Shown: in pieces, positions 48,587 through 57,203 of the stretch
How positions within the stretch are numbered: position 1 is the stretch's first letter
Layout: every line of letters begins with the position of its first letter
NCBI GenBank assembly: GCA_017934955.1
Contig: JAGBIO010000025.1
Coordinates: 4,425-68,424 of the forward strand
Length of the DNA stretch: 64,000 nt
Direction: 5' to 3'
From: Clostridia bacterium
GTDB taxonomy: Bacteria; Bacillota; Clostridia; TANB77; RGIG9151
Translations under genes and position numbers: made by a program
The notes under the pieces: generated by a model
Database searches by the model: none
What the model saw: the letters and a program-made list of their open reading frames with translations, nothing else
What the model was told of the DNA's origin: nothing

Positions 48587-49268
48587 CGAATTTTTGATGA
48601 CGCTTGCCAATAAAGCGAATGAGGGTGGTGCTATAGTCCCTTTTATTATCTTTTTGGCGGGAATTTTAACTTCGTTGACACCTTGCAGTTTATCTTCGAT
48701 TCCTTTGGTGATTGCGTATGTCGGTGGGATGAGTGATAATCCCAAAAAGTCGTTTAAGTTGTCGTTGGTGTTTGCGTTGGGATTGACTTTGACTTTTACG
48801 GTTTTGGGAATATTGGCCGGCTTATTTGGAAGTATGTTGAGTTTTATCGGAAGCGGATGGTATATTTTTATCGGAGTTTTGATGTTGTTCATGGCACTTC
48901 AGGTGATGGAAATTTTTGAGTTTATTCCGTCTTCTTATTTGACTTCTAAGGTGACGAGGAAGGGATACATAGGTGCGTTTTTTGCGGGAGTTTTGACGGG
49001 AATCTTTTCTTCTCCCTGCGCGACGCCGATTTTGATTGTGCTTTTGGCATTTGTGGCCAATACGAGTAATTTTATTCAGTCAGCATTTTTATTGTTTCTA
49101 TATTCAGTCGGAAGCAGTATCGTGATTGTTTTGATTGGTACTTTTATGGGCTTTTTCCGAAGTATGGCGAAAAGCAAGCAATACGGAGTATTTCAGTCAA
49201 TTTTACGATATGGGTTGGGATTTTTGATGATTGCATTGGGATTATATATGCTTTATTTAGGTTTCTAA
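48579..49268 (+). CDS. ccdA: cytochrome c-type biogenesis protein CcdA (DsbD transmembrane domain family)
   Basis: Six TM helices with the two conserved cysteines (LTPCSLSSIP ... SSPCATPILIV). Overlaps the thioredoxin gene stop by 8 nt. Confidence 0.8.
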   Translation: MIDEFLMTLANKANEGGAIVPFIIFLAGILTSLTPCSLSSIPLVIAYVGGMSDNPKKSFKLSLVFALGLTLTFTVLGILAGLFGSMLSFIGSGWYIFIGVLMLFMALQVMEIFEFIPSSYLTSKVTRKGYIGAFFAGVLTGIFSSPCATPILIVLLAFVANTSNFIQSAFLLFLYSVGSSIVIVLIGTFMGFFRSMAKSKQYGVFQSILRYGLGFLMIALGLYMLYLGF

Positions 49269-49288
49269 AAAACAAAGGAGGAAAAATT

Positions 49289-50338
49289 ATGTGGAAAAAA
49301 GTAGCGATGGCTGCTGTTGTGACAGCAGGATTGGTAAGTGCAGGCTATGCACAGGAAATTGGAGTGACGGTAGATGGGAAGGCGTTGGAGTTTCAAGATC
49401 AAAAGCCGGTTATTCAAGAGGGAAGAACGTTAGTGCCGTTAAGAAGTGTGTTTGAGGCGATTGGTGCGACTGTTGATTGGAATGAGGCGACGAGAACGAT
49501 TACGGCGAAGAAACGGTTTGATGTAGTAAGTTTAAAAATTGATAGCAAAGATTTATATAAGAATGGTGAGAAAGTAGTAGAAATGACAGTCCCGGCGCAA
49601 ATTTTAAATGGGAGAACCATGGTGCCGGCAAGATATGTGGCTGAGGCTTTTGATGCCTCGGTAAAGTGGGAGGAAGAAAATCAGCTGGTTACGGTGGAAA
49701 CGTTACAGTATGCTCATAGAATCAGCGATGTGTATCGAGTAGAAAGTATCAAAAATGCGGATGAAACAAAAACGTTATTAAATATAAAGTATTCTTATCC
49801 GGTAATTGAGAATGAGGAACAAAATGCAGCGATTGAGTCGATTAACGAAGCGTTAAAGAATTATGCGGAGACTTGGGCTGTTGATGTAAGAAAAGATATT
49901 GAAGATCATTCTCTTCTTGAAGGGGTGGAAGAATCTGTAAGTGAGCCGTATGAATATGAGCTTGCTTTTGATATTACTGCGGATGAGGAGGGATTGTTAT
50001 CTCTTGTATATCGCTGTGTTGCTTATACCGGCGGAGCGCATCCGAATTCTTGGATGGAGGGAATGACATATTCCTTTGAGACAGGTGAAAAGATGGGATT
50101 GGCGGAGATTTTTAATATGAGCGAAGAGACCGTCATGTTTTCTATTGAGAAGTTTTTTGGTGCTTTAATTGAGGAGGAGCCGGAAGAGTTTTACGAAAAT
50201 GCGCAGGAGTTAGTGCCGGAGGCTATGGAAAATGTGGAGTATTATGTAACGGAAGACAGAGTTATTTTCTTCTTGAATCCATACGAGATTGCACCGTATG
50301 CAGCGGGTTATGTTGAAATTATTGTTGAAAGACCGTAG
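49289..50338 (+). CDS. secreted copper-amine-oxidase-N-terminal-like domain plus DUF4163/DUF3298 (RsiV/PdaC-like) protein
   Basis: Signal peptide. A VPLRSVFEAIGATVDWNEATRTIT stalk repeat. A YTGGAHPNSW motif typical of DUF3298. Confidence 0.6.
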   Translation: MWKKVAMAAVVTAGLVSAGYAQEIGVTVDGKALEFQDQKPVIQEGRTLVPLRSVFEAIGATVDWNEATRTITAKKRFDVVSLKIDSKDLYKNGEKVVEMTVPAQILNGRTMVPARYVAEAFDASVKWEEENQLVTVETLQYAHRISDVYRVESIKNADETKTLLNIKYSYPVIENEEQNAAIESINEALKNYAETWAVDVRKDIEDHSLLEGVEESVSEPYEYELAFDITADEEGLLSLVYRCVAYTGGAHPNSWMEGMTYSFETGEKMGLAEIFNMSEETVMFSIEKFFGALIEEEPEEFYENAQELVPEAMENVEYYVTEDRVIFFLNPYEIAPYAAGYVEIIVERP

Positions 50339-50486
50339 CGGTTAAAGTTTATGGAAAGGTGTCCTGATTTAGGATGCCTTTTTGTTTTAAATGGAGAAAA
50401 TTTGGATACAATTATTACGACGGAAAAGAGCGGGACGTCGGGAACGTCGTCCCCTGCAATATTTTAGTGGCTAAATAGAATTTGAA

Positions 50487-50636
50487 GTTACTGGTTAGAC
50501 TCAAAATTATAGAGAAGGCGCAAACACTGTAGGGACAGCATTTATGCTGTCCACAGAAAAGGCAGAAAGCAGGACAGCATGAATGCTGTCCCTACAATGT
50601 TTGTGCGTTTTTTATAATTTTAAGTCTCAACAGTAA
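50487..50636. repeat. Complete MITE (GTTACTGGTTAGACTCAAAATTA / TAATTTTAAGTCTCAACAGTAAC) with two GGACAGCAT hairpins. The GGGACGTCGGGAACGTCGTCCC palindrome lies at 50432-50453.
   Basis: Direct inspection. Confidence 0.8.
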
Positions 50637-50744
50637 CAATTTGAATGGAAAAAGTTTAAATTAAGGTTGAAGAAGGATTTTTATTTTGTTAAGATGAAAG
50701 CATGGTGAATTGTAGAAAGTAAAAAAAGAAAGGATTGTTTGCGT

Positions 50745-52778
50745 ATGAGCAGAAACGGAAATATTTTTTTGTCACTTGCTGTTTTACTGACAATTGTAAT
50801 CGGAGGGTATTTTCTTTCCAATTTTAAGATTATAAAGCATTCGACGGAGTGGGCGATAGGAAAAATAAAGTCGGAAGAGGGAAAGTATGATGTGATTGTT
50901 GTGGGAAGCGATCCGGAAGGAGTTGCTGCGGCGGTTGCTGCGGCGAGAAGCGGCGGACAAGTTTTGCTTTTTGGAAAAGAGGATGGTCCCGGGGGACTTC
51001 TTACGTATGGAATGTTAAATACGCTGGATATGAATCGCAATTCCGATAAGACGATTTTGAATAAAGGCATTTTCAGCGAGTTTTATACGCGAATCGGAAA
51101 AACAGAATCTTTTGATGTAGAGGAAGCAAAGGCGATTTTTTCCGATTTGATTGCACAGGAGGAGAACCTTACATATAAACCGAATTATACGTTTTCTGCG
51201 CCTTTGATTGAGAATAATACGATTTATGGCGTGGAAATGCTGAATTATGCCGGAGAAAAGGAAACTTTTTACGGAAAACGAATTATTGATGCGACGCAAG
51301 ACGGAGATGTTTGTGCGGCGGCAGGAGAAGAGTTTTATGTAGGGATGGAAGATGTGCATTGGGAACACAAAATGGCGGCGACACTTGTTTTTAAAGTGGG
51401 TGGTGTGAATTGGGCAGATATTGAGGCGGATATTAATTTATATAAAAAAGAGACGCAGGATATTAATGCCGGATTTAACAAGAGTACGGTTTGGGGATTT
51501 GGAAAATGGTGTTATGATAAATATACGCCGATTCATGAGAATATGCAGTTAAGAGGTCCGAACATGGGACTGCAAAAAGATGGTACGATTTTGATAAATG
51601 CGCTTCAAATTTTTGATGTAGACGGATTGGATGAAGATTCTAAAAAGAAAGCAATGGAGGATGGAAAAGAGGAAGCGGAGAATATTGTAAAGTATTTTAG
51701 AGAGATTTTGCCTTCTTTTAAAGACGCTTATTTGGTTGGTGTGGCGGATCAACTTTATATTCGGGAAACAAGACATATTCAAGGAGAGTATGTATTACAG
51801 GCAACTGATCTTTTGGGAAATACCAACTTTTATGATAAAATCGCTTTAGGCGCATATCCGTTGGATATTCAGGCAACAGCGAAATCCAATACCGGGTATG
51901 TGATTGGTTCTCCGAATCAGTATTCGATTCCGCTTCGTTGTATTGTACCGAGGAAAACGGAGAATTTAATGATTGTAGGGCGTTCAGCGTCGTATAGTTC
52001 GGTTGCGGCGGGTAGTACAAGAGTGGTGCCGACCGGAATGACGGTGGGAGAGTCTGCCGGGATTACCGCGATTTATACAATTTGGAAGAATATGACGCCA
52101 AGAGAGTTGACGCAAAATAAAGCAAGAATAAAGCAGTTGATTTCCATTTTGAAAAATCAGGATGTGTATTTGCCGGAATTTAATTATGGTGATCCGAATG
52201 GAAGTGTGAAAGGGTATGAGAAGATTAAGAAGCTAATTAATTTGGGCTTTTTGATCGGGGGATATCAGAATGACTTTAAGTTTGAGAAGGAAGCAAATAA
52301 TGCGAATTTGTGCTTGGCGGTGATGAATGGATTACAGCGTGGCGGAAATGAAAAGTATAATGAGAGTATGAAACAAATTAATAAAGTAAAGGAATTTTAT
52401 TCTTTGGAGACTCCTTTGACGGGGGCAACAGCAGCGAGAGTTTGTAATGCGATGATGGGAGATTATACCGAAAAGACGTCGGGAGAGATGCTTTCGGAAA
52501 ACTTTACAAGTACAGAGGCGGATTTGTTAAATATTGCACGGCAGAAAAAGAAGAATAATGAGGCTCTTTCTGAGAAAGAAAGTGCTGTTTTGGCTCGTTT
52601 TGAGGAGTTAAATAACGAGCGGGTGAAAAAAATCGAAGAAGATGTGTGGAAAATCGTTAAAGAAAAAGGCTATTTTACCGAAGACTTTAATAAGGATGAT
52701 ATTTTAACACTTCGTGAAGTTTATGTTACGACAGTGGATATTTTAGAAAAGTATATAGGACGTGAGCTTGGCGCGTAG
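50745..52778 (+). CDS. membrane-anchored FAD-dependent oxidoreductase family protein (PF12831-like)
   Basis: N-terminal TM helix, then a YDVIVVGSDPEGVAAAVAAARSGGQVLLF Rossmann dinucleotide-binding motif, and a ~200-aa C-terminal extension. RBS AAAGGA before the ATG at 50745. Confidence 0.6.
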   Translation: MSRNGNIFLSLAVLLTIVIGGYFLSNFKIIKHSTEWAIGKIKSEEGKYDVIVVGSDPEGVAAAVAAARSGGQVLLFGKEDGPGGLLTYGMLNTLDMNRNSDKTILNKGIFSEFYTRIGKTESFDVEEAKAIFSDLIAQEENLTYKPNYTFSAPLIENNTIYGVEMLNYAGEKETFYGKRIIDATQDGDVCAAAGEEFYVGMEDVHWEHKMAATLVFKVGGVNWADIEADINLYKKETQDINAGFNKSTVWGFGKWCYDKYTPIHENMQLRGPNMGLQKDGTILINALQIFDVDGLDEDSKKKAMEDGKEEAENIVKYFREILPSFKDAYLVGVADQLYIRETRHIQGEYVLQATDLLGNTNFYDKIALGAYPLDIQATAKSNTGYVIGSPNQYSIPLRCIVPRKTENLMIVGRSASYSSVAAGSTRVVPTGMTVGESAGITAIYTIWKNMTPRELTQNKARIKQLISILKNQDVYLPEFNYGDPNGSVKGYEKIKKLINLGFLIGGYQNDFKFEKEANNANLCLAVMNGLQRGGNEKYNESMKQINKVKEFYSLETPLTGATAARVCNAMMGDYTEKTSGEMLSENFTSTEADLLNIARQKKKNNEALSEKESAVLARFEELNNERVKKIEEDVWKIVKEKGYFTEDFNKDDILTLREVYVTTVDILEKYIGRELGA

Positions 52779-52790
52779 AGAGGAGTACAC

Positions 52791-54899
52791 ATGAAGAAGT
52801 TTTTCATAATGATTGTTTTACTTCTGCTGATGCTTCCGGTTTCTTTTGCGGAAGAATTTATTGTGAAGGATGATTGTAAGTATGTTTCGTTAAGTCATGC
52901 GGCGGAATTGTGGAAGTTTGATTATCAGTATTTTAATCAGTCGAATGTGATAAAAATCGAGATAAAGGATAAAACATTATATTTACAAATCGGAAATTCG
53001 GTAATGCGGGATGATTTATATTTAAATCCGTTTTTTATCGATTCTGATCAGTTGATGTTAAGTAACGGAGAAGAGATGCGAGGAGTTCCTTTTGTGAAAG
53101 ATGGGCAGGTTTTTGTGCCGCTTTATCTACTGCATCGATATTTACACGAGGAGAATTTTTATGATGTGATTGTGGTTGGCGGAGATCCGGAAGGAATTGC
53201 CGGAGCGATTTCCGCGGCGCGAAACGGGGCGAAGACCTTGCTGTTAAGTTCGGAGGACGGATTGGGCGGACTTCTTACTTTTGGAATGTTAAATACATTG
53301 GATATGAATTTTGGTCCGGATAGTGAGTTACTGACAAGAGGAATTTTTGAAGAGTTTTATGATGCGATTGACAGAAACGAATCGTTCGATGTAGAGGAAG
53401 CAAAACAGATCTTTTCCGATATGGTTGCAGCGGAGGAAAATATTACTCTGCTTAAGAAAATGAAATTTGAAAAATCCATTTTGGAAGAGAATGTGATAAA
53501 GGGGATTACCGCGAAGGATTCCGAAGGAAAGGAACATACTTTTTATGCAACTATTGTGATTGATGCGACGCAGGACGGAGATGTTTGTGCGGAAGCGGGT
53601 GTACCGTACTTTGTCGGAATGCAGGATTTGAACATGGATGAGAGTATGGCTGTGACGCTTGTGTTTAAGGTTGCCGGAGTGGATTGGAATCTATTGGAGG
53701 AAGATATTGCAAGATACCGTGAGGAAACGGGAGATTTGACGGCGGGACTTTATCGTAATTCGGCTTGGGGATTTGGAAAATGGTGTTATGATAATTACAA
53801 TTCTTATTTTTATAATATGAAGTTAAGAGGTCCGAATATGGGGCTTCAGAAAGACGGTACGGTCCTTGTTAATGCACTTCAGATTTTCTATGTTGACCCG
53901 GAAGATCCGGCGAGTGTGGCGCAAGCGAAGGCAGATGGCGCTAAGGAAGCGGACAATGTAGTGAAATACTTAAAAACAATTTTGGAGTCGTTTGAGAATG
54001 CCTATTTAGCGGGTGTGGCGGATGAGTTATATATTCGCGAAACTCGTCATATTCAAGGGGAATATTTGCTAAAAGGGACAGATTTATTGGAAGAAGTAAA
54101 TTTCTACGATAAGATTGCAATGGGTTCTTATTCGGTGGATATTCAGTCAACACAGATGGATAACAATGGATTTGTGGTATTTAATCCTTCACAGTATTCC
54201 ATTCCGTATCGTTGTATTGTACCGCAGAAAATCGATAATTTGTTTATCGTAGGAAAGTCGGCGTCTTACAGTTCGATTGCAGCGGGCAGTACAAGAGTGG
54301 TTCCGGTTGGTATGGTAACAGCGGAATCGGCGGGAGCGATTTCGATGTATTGTATTCAGAATGAAATTACACCACGGGAGATTGTCGATCATTCGGAGAG
54401 ACTAAGAGATATTAATCAATTGTTAGTGGCACAAGGTGTTTATTTACCGGAATACACGCCGACCAATCCGCTTGCGGAGACAGAATCTTATGAGGATTTT
54501 AAGGATTTGATTGATTTGGGCGTTATGACAGGCGGATATTATAATGAATTTAAGCTAAAGAGTGAAGCGACATTTGCGAATGCTTGTGCGGCTTTGATAA
54601 GGACGTTTGAGAGAAGTTCGAATGATATCAGCGAAGAAATAAAGAAAAGAATAAATTCTCTGTATTCTTTTGAGAAAGTAGATGCTTTAGGAATGGCGAA
54701 GATTGTGGCGTTATTTTATGGGGAAGAGATTGATGATTTGACAGACCGTGAAGTGTGGGAGTTGGCGGAAGAAAAGGAATACTTAGAGAATATTGAGGAT
54801 TTTAACAAGTATGATACTCTTACCTTTGAAGATGTTTATGTGACGATTGCAAAGGCTTTGGAGAAGGCTGAAGAAGAGAAAGCGGTGGAAGAAATATGA
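52791..54899 (+). CDS. secreted FAD-dependent oxidoreductase family protein (paralog of 50745..52778) with an extra N-terminal stalk-like domain
   Basis: Signal peptide MKKFFIMIVLLLLMLPVSFA. YDVIVVGGDPEGIAGAISAARNGAKTLLL. About 50% identity to the upstream paralog across the catalytic region. RBS AGAGGAG. Confidence 0.6.
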   Translation: MKKFFIMIVLLLLMLPVSFAEEFIVKDDCKYVSLSHAAELWKFDYQYFNQSNVIKIEIKDKTLYLQIGNSVMRDDLYLNPFFIDSDQLMLSNGEEMRGVPFVKDGQVFVPLYLLHRYLHEENFYDVIVVGGDPEGIAGAISAARNGAKTLLLSSEDGLGGLLTFGMLNTLDMNFGPDSELLTRGIFEEFYDAIDRNESFDVEEAKQIFSDMVAAEENITLLKKMKFEKSILEENVIKGITAKDSEGKEHTFYATIVIDATQDGDVCAEAGVPYFVGMQDLNMDESMAVTLVFKVAGVDWNLLEEDIARYREETGDLTAGLYRNSAWGFGKWCYDNYNSYFYNMKLRGPNMGLQKDGTVLVNALQIFYVDPEDPASVAQAKADGAKEADNVVKYLKTILESFENAYLAGVADELYIRETRHIQGEYLLKGTDLLEEVNFYDKIAMGSYSVDIQSTQMDNNGFVVFNPSQYSIPYRCIVPQKIDNLFIVGKSASYSSIAAGSTRVVPVGMVTAESAGAISMYCIQNEITPREIVDHSERLRDINQLLVAQGVYLPEYTPTNPLAETESYEDFKDLIDLGVMTGGYYNEFKLKSEATFANACAALIRTFERSSNDISEEIKKRINSLYSFEKVDALGMAKIVALFYGEEIDDLTDREVWELAEEKEYLENIEDFNKYDTLTFEDVYVTIAKALEKAEEEKAVEEI

Positions 54900-54947
54900 A
54901 ATTATGAGGCAGTTATTGAAAAATGGCTGCCTCAAATTTGGGGATTA

Positions 54948-55106
54948 TAATTAAGATTTAAAATTATAAAAATGGCACAAACACTGTAGGGACACAATTT
55001 ATTGTGTCCAGAAAATAAGCAGAAATTAGAATTAGGACACAATAAATTGTGTCCCTACAAACGGCTTTTTGTCGATATTTTTCAAAAGTTATAAATTTAT
55101 AGTTTC
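54948..55106. repeat. Last MITE copy before the tRNA (GGACACAATTTATTGTGTCC / GGACACAATAAATTGTGTCC). It is preceded by a terminator hairpin GAGGCAGTTATTGAAAAATGGCTGCCTC.
   Basis: Direct inspection. Confidence 0.8.
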
Positions 55107-55144
55107 ATCTGTAACATTTTTTGTCTAAATTTTTCTATTTCCTA

Positions 55145-55172
55145 TTGACAAAGTTTTTAAAATGGATATAAT
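55145..55172 (+). promoter_or_regulatory. sigma-A promoter of tRNA-Lys (TTGACA-16-TATAAT)
   Basis: Perfect consensus hexamers. The -10 ends 14 nt before tRNA position +1. Confidence 0.7.
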
Positions 55173-55186
55173 TAATAAAGTGATAT

Positions 55187-55262
55187 GCAGCATTAGCTCA
55201 GTTGGTAGAGCAACTGACTCTTAATCAGTGGGTCCCCGGTTCGAGCCCGTGATGCTGCACCA
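55187..55262 (+). tRNA. tRNA-Lys (anticodon CUU) with encoded CCA
   Basis: Cloverleaf: acceptor GCAGCAT/ATGCTGC, D-arm GCTC-AGTTGGTA-GAGC, anticodon stem ACTGA/TCAGT with loop CTCTTAA, T-arm CCCGG-TTCGAGC-CCGTG, then A-CCA. Confidence 0.9.
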
Positions 55263-55266
55263 AATT

Positions 55267-55301
55267 AAAAGGCTTCCGAAGTTTTTCGGAAGTCTTTTTT
55301 T
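55267..55301 (+). terminator. Rho-independent terminator after the tRNA
   Basis: GGCTTCCGAAGTTTTTCGGAAGTC hairpin plus T7. Confidence 0.75.
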
Positions 55302-55316
55302 CGATCCTTTTAAAAA

Positions 55317-56240
55317 TCAGTGGACCCTATGATCCATAATGCTAAATTGCTTATATTTTGCTATAGTATACTGTTCTGCTAAATGTAAATAATGTTCAAC
55401 CATTTTGAGCGATGTATGTCCTAATATCATTTTCAAACTGGTGGTATCACCACCATTTATTAAATACTTTGTTGCAAAAGTGTGACGGCAAAGATGAGGA
55501 TGTAAATCTTTCATTTTTGTATATTTTCGAAGTTTCTGAAAAAGCTTTTTCACGCCAAAATAACCGACAGGGTTACCGTATTCATTTACAAACAATATAT
55601 CTTTCGGTTTAGCAATTTTCAAATAATCCTTTATAAGATTACAAGTATAATCACCAAATGGAACAATTCGCTCTTTGTTTCCTTTTCCTAATACTTTTAG
55701 AATGTAATCGTTCAACTTAATATTATTAACTTGTAATGTAACCACTTCATTAACACGAAGACCGCAGTCAAGCATTAAAGAAATAATTAACTTATTTCTT
55801 AATCCTATTTTCTTATTCGTATGACTATCACAAAATTTCAAAATTTTATTAATCATACTATCATCTAATATATCGATTACAATTTCTTTTGCCTTTGGCA
55901 ATCGAAATTTATTAAATGTTTCACCCGAAACAAAATTACTATCTATACAGTAATTTATGAATGACTTAATACCTCGAATATATGTCTGAACCGTTACATC
56001 TGAAAGAGTTTCACCAGTAACTTGACTATATGGATGATTCGAATTTTTTACTTTTTTCTTTAAGTAAATTATATAGTTTTGAATCAAACTGTAGTTCACA
56101 GAACAACAATCAATATCACCGATAAATTCTATAAAATATCTTATCTGCTGACGATAACATTTTATTGTTTTAACAGAATTTCCTCGTACTTCCTGTTCTT
56201 TTAAAAACAAATCATTTGCTTCCTGCAGTTTCATTTTCAC
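55317..56240 (-). CDS. int: tyrosine recombinase / phage integrase
   Basis: C-terminal catalytic motifs (LRVNEV..GKGNKER..HLCRHTFAT..LGHTSLKMVEHYLH). Located 55 bp from the tRNA 3' end. Confidence 0.85.
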   Translation of the reverse strand: MKMKLQEANDLFLKEQEVRGNSVKTIKCYRQQIRYFIEFIGDIDCCSVNYSLIQNYIIYLKKKVKNSNHPYSQVTGETLSDVTVQTYIRGIKSFINYCIDSNFVSGETFNKFRLPKAKEIVIDILDDSMINKILKFCDSHTNKKIGLRNKLIISLMLDCGLRVNEVVTLQVNNIKLNDYILKVLGKGNKERIVPFGDYTCNLIKDYLKIAKPKDILFVNEYGNPVGYFGVKKLFQKLRKYTKMKDLHPHLCRHTFATKYLINGGDTTSLKMILGHTSLKMVEHYLHLAEQYTIAKYKQFSIMDHRVH

Positions 56241-56424
56241 TCAACTCCATTGTCGAACAGCTTGTCTCTATTTCTTCTTGTTCCTCAAATTTTACAAAAA
56301 TCAATAAAGTAAAAGCAGTCTTTATAGACGTAACATTATGATTTTCAAGAAAAATATTCACTCTTTCATTAAATGTATTAATAGATTCATCATTATTCAT
56401 TTTAAAAATTTTTGTTTTTTCCAT
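56212..56424 (-). CDS. hypothetical small acidic protein (possible excisionase-position gene)
   Basis: ORF overlapping the integrase start by 29 nt. No motif was recognised. Confidence 0.3.
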   Translation of the reverse strand: MEKTKIFKMNNDESINTFNERVNIFLENHNVTSIKTAFTLLIFVKFEEQEEIETSCSTMELSENETAGSK

Positions 56425-56574
56425 TTAAATCACATCCTTCAAACAACCTTCATTAAGTTCTTTTCGGATATAAGCAATAGCTGATTCAGATGTTTGCTCG
56501 ATTTTATGAATATCTTTATTACTATATCCAGCTTTTATTAACTTCACTATTTTATTTAATTTTTTTTGAGTCAT
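56425..56574 (-). CDS. small helix-turn-helix protein (49 aa)
   Basis: RBS GTGAGGTG lies 6 nt before the ATG (MTQKKLNKIVKLIKAGYSNKDIHKIEQTSESAIAYIRKEL). The HTH pattern resembles sigma-70 region 4 / resolvase HTH. The ORF-track extension to 56649 has no RBS. Confidence 0.5.
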   Translation of the reverse strand: MTQKKLNKIVKLIKAGYSNKDIHKIEQTSESAIAYIRKELNEGCLKDVI

Positions 56575-56579
56575 TTCAT

Positions 56580-57203
56580 TCACCTCACTAAATACAATAC
56601 AAATAGATGCACAGGGTAAAAGATATAAAAGAAATTTGAAAATTTCCATTTAATCTTTTTATTCGGAGCATATAAGTTGATAAAAAACAAGCTTAATACT
56701 CCAAAACTTCCCAATCCGTTCATACTAAAAAACAGTAGAACAAGTAGAACTAATGTTATTTTTAGCGTTTTATTTCTAAAATAATAAAACGTTAAAATAA
56801 CTAAAATTCCTTTCATTCCGTAATCTACATTAAATGCTTCTGCCATCAGCATCAAAAAAATTACAGCAGAGATATTTCTTTTTGATTTATTCATAAACTG
56901 TACAGCAATAAGTCCTAAAAACAACGTAAAAAATATATTTTGCTTTACAAAATCTAATTTTCCAAACATGAATAAATCGAAAGGTACTTCGCTCACTATC
57001 GCAAATAATAGCATTTTCATTGAATATTTGCGTATATTTCGCGTATAAAAAAATCCATTTACCAATAAAAAAGCGTAGATAGGGAAGGAAAGCCTACCAA
57101 TAATCCGAAAAAAAGAATTGTTGGTAAGAATTCCAACGTGATCAATAAACATACAAATCAAAGCTATAAGCTTTAATTCTTGATAACTAAACAACTTTTT
57201 CAT
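56580..57203 (-). CDS. polytopic membrane protein, TraX-like (tentative)
   Basis: The LKLIALICMFIDHVG N-terminal motif resembles the TraX family. About 6 TM helices. The start is probably the internal ATG (MKKLFSYQ), which overlaps the rep stop. Confidence 0.4.
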   Translation of the reverse strand: MKKLFSYQELKLIALICMFIDHVGILTNNSFFRIIGRLSFPIYAFLLVNGFFYTRNIRKYSMKMLLFAIVSEVPFDLFMFGKLDFVKQNIFFTLFLGLIAVQFMNKSKRNISAVIFLMLMAEAFNVDYGMKGILVILTFYYFRNKTLKITLVLLVLLFFSMNGLGSFGVLSLFFINLYAPNKKIKWKFSNFFYIFYPVHLFVLYLVR

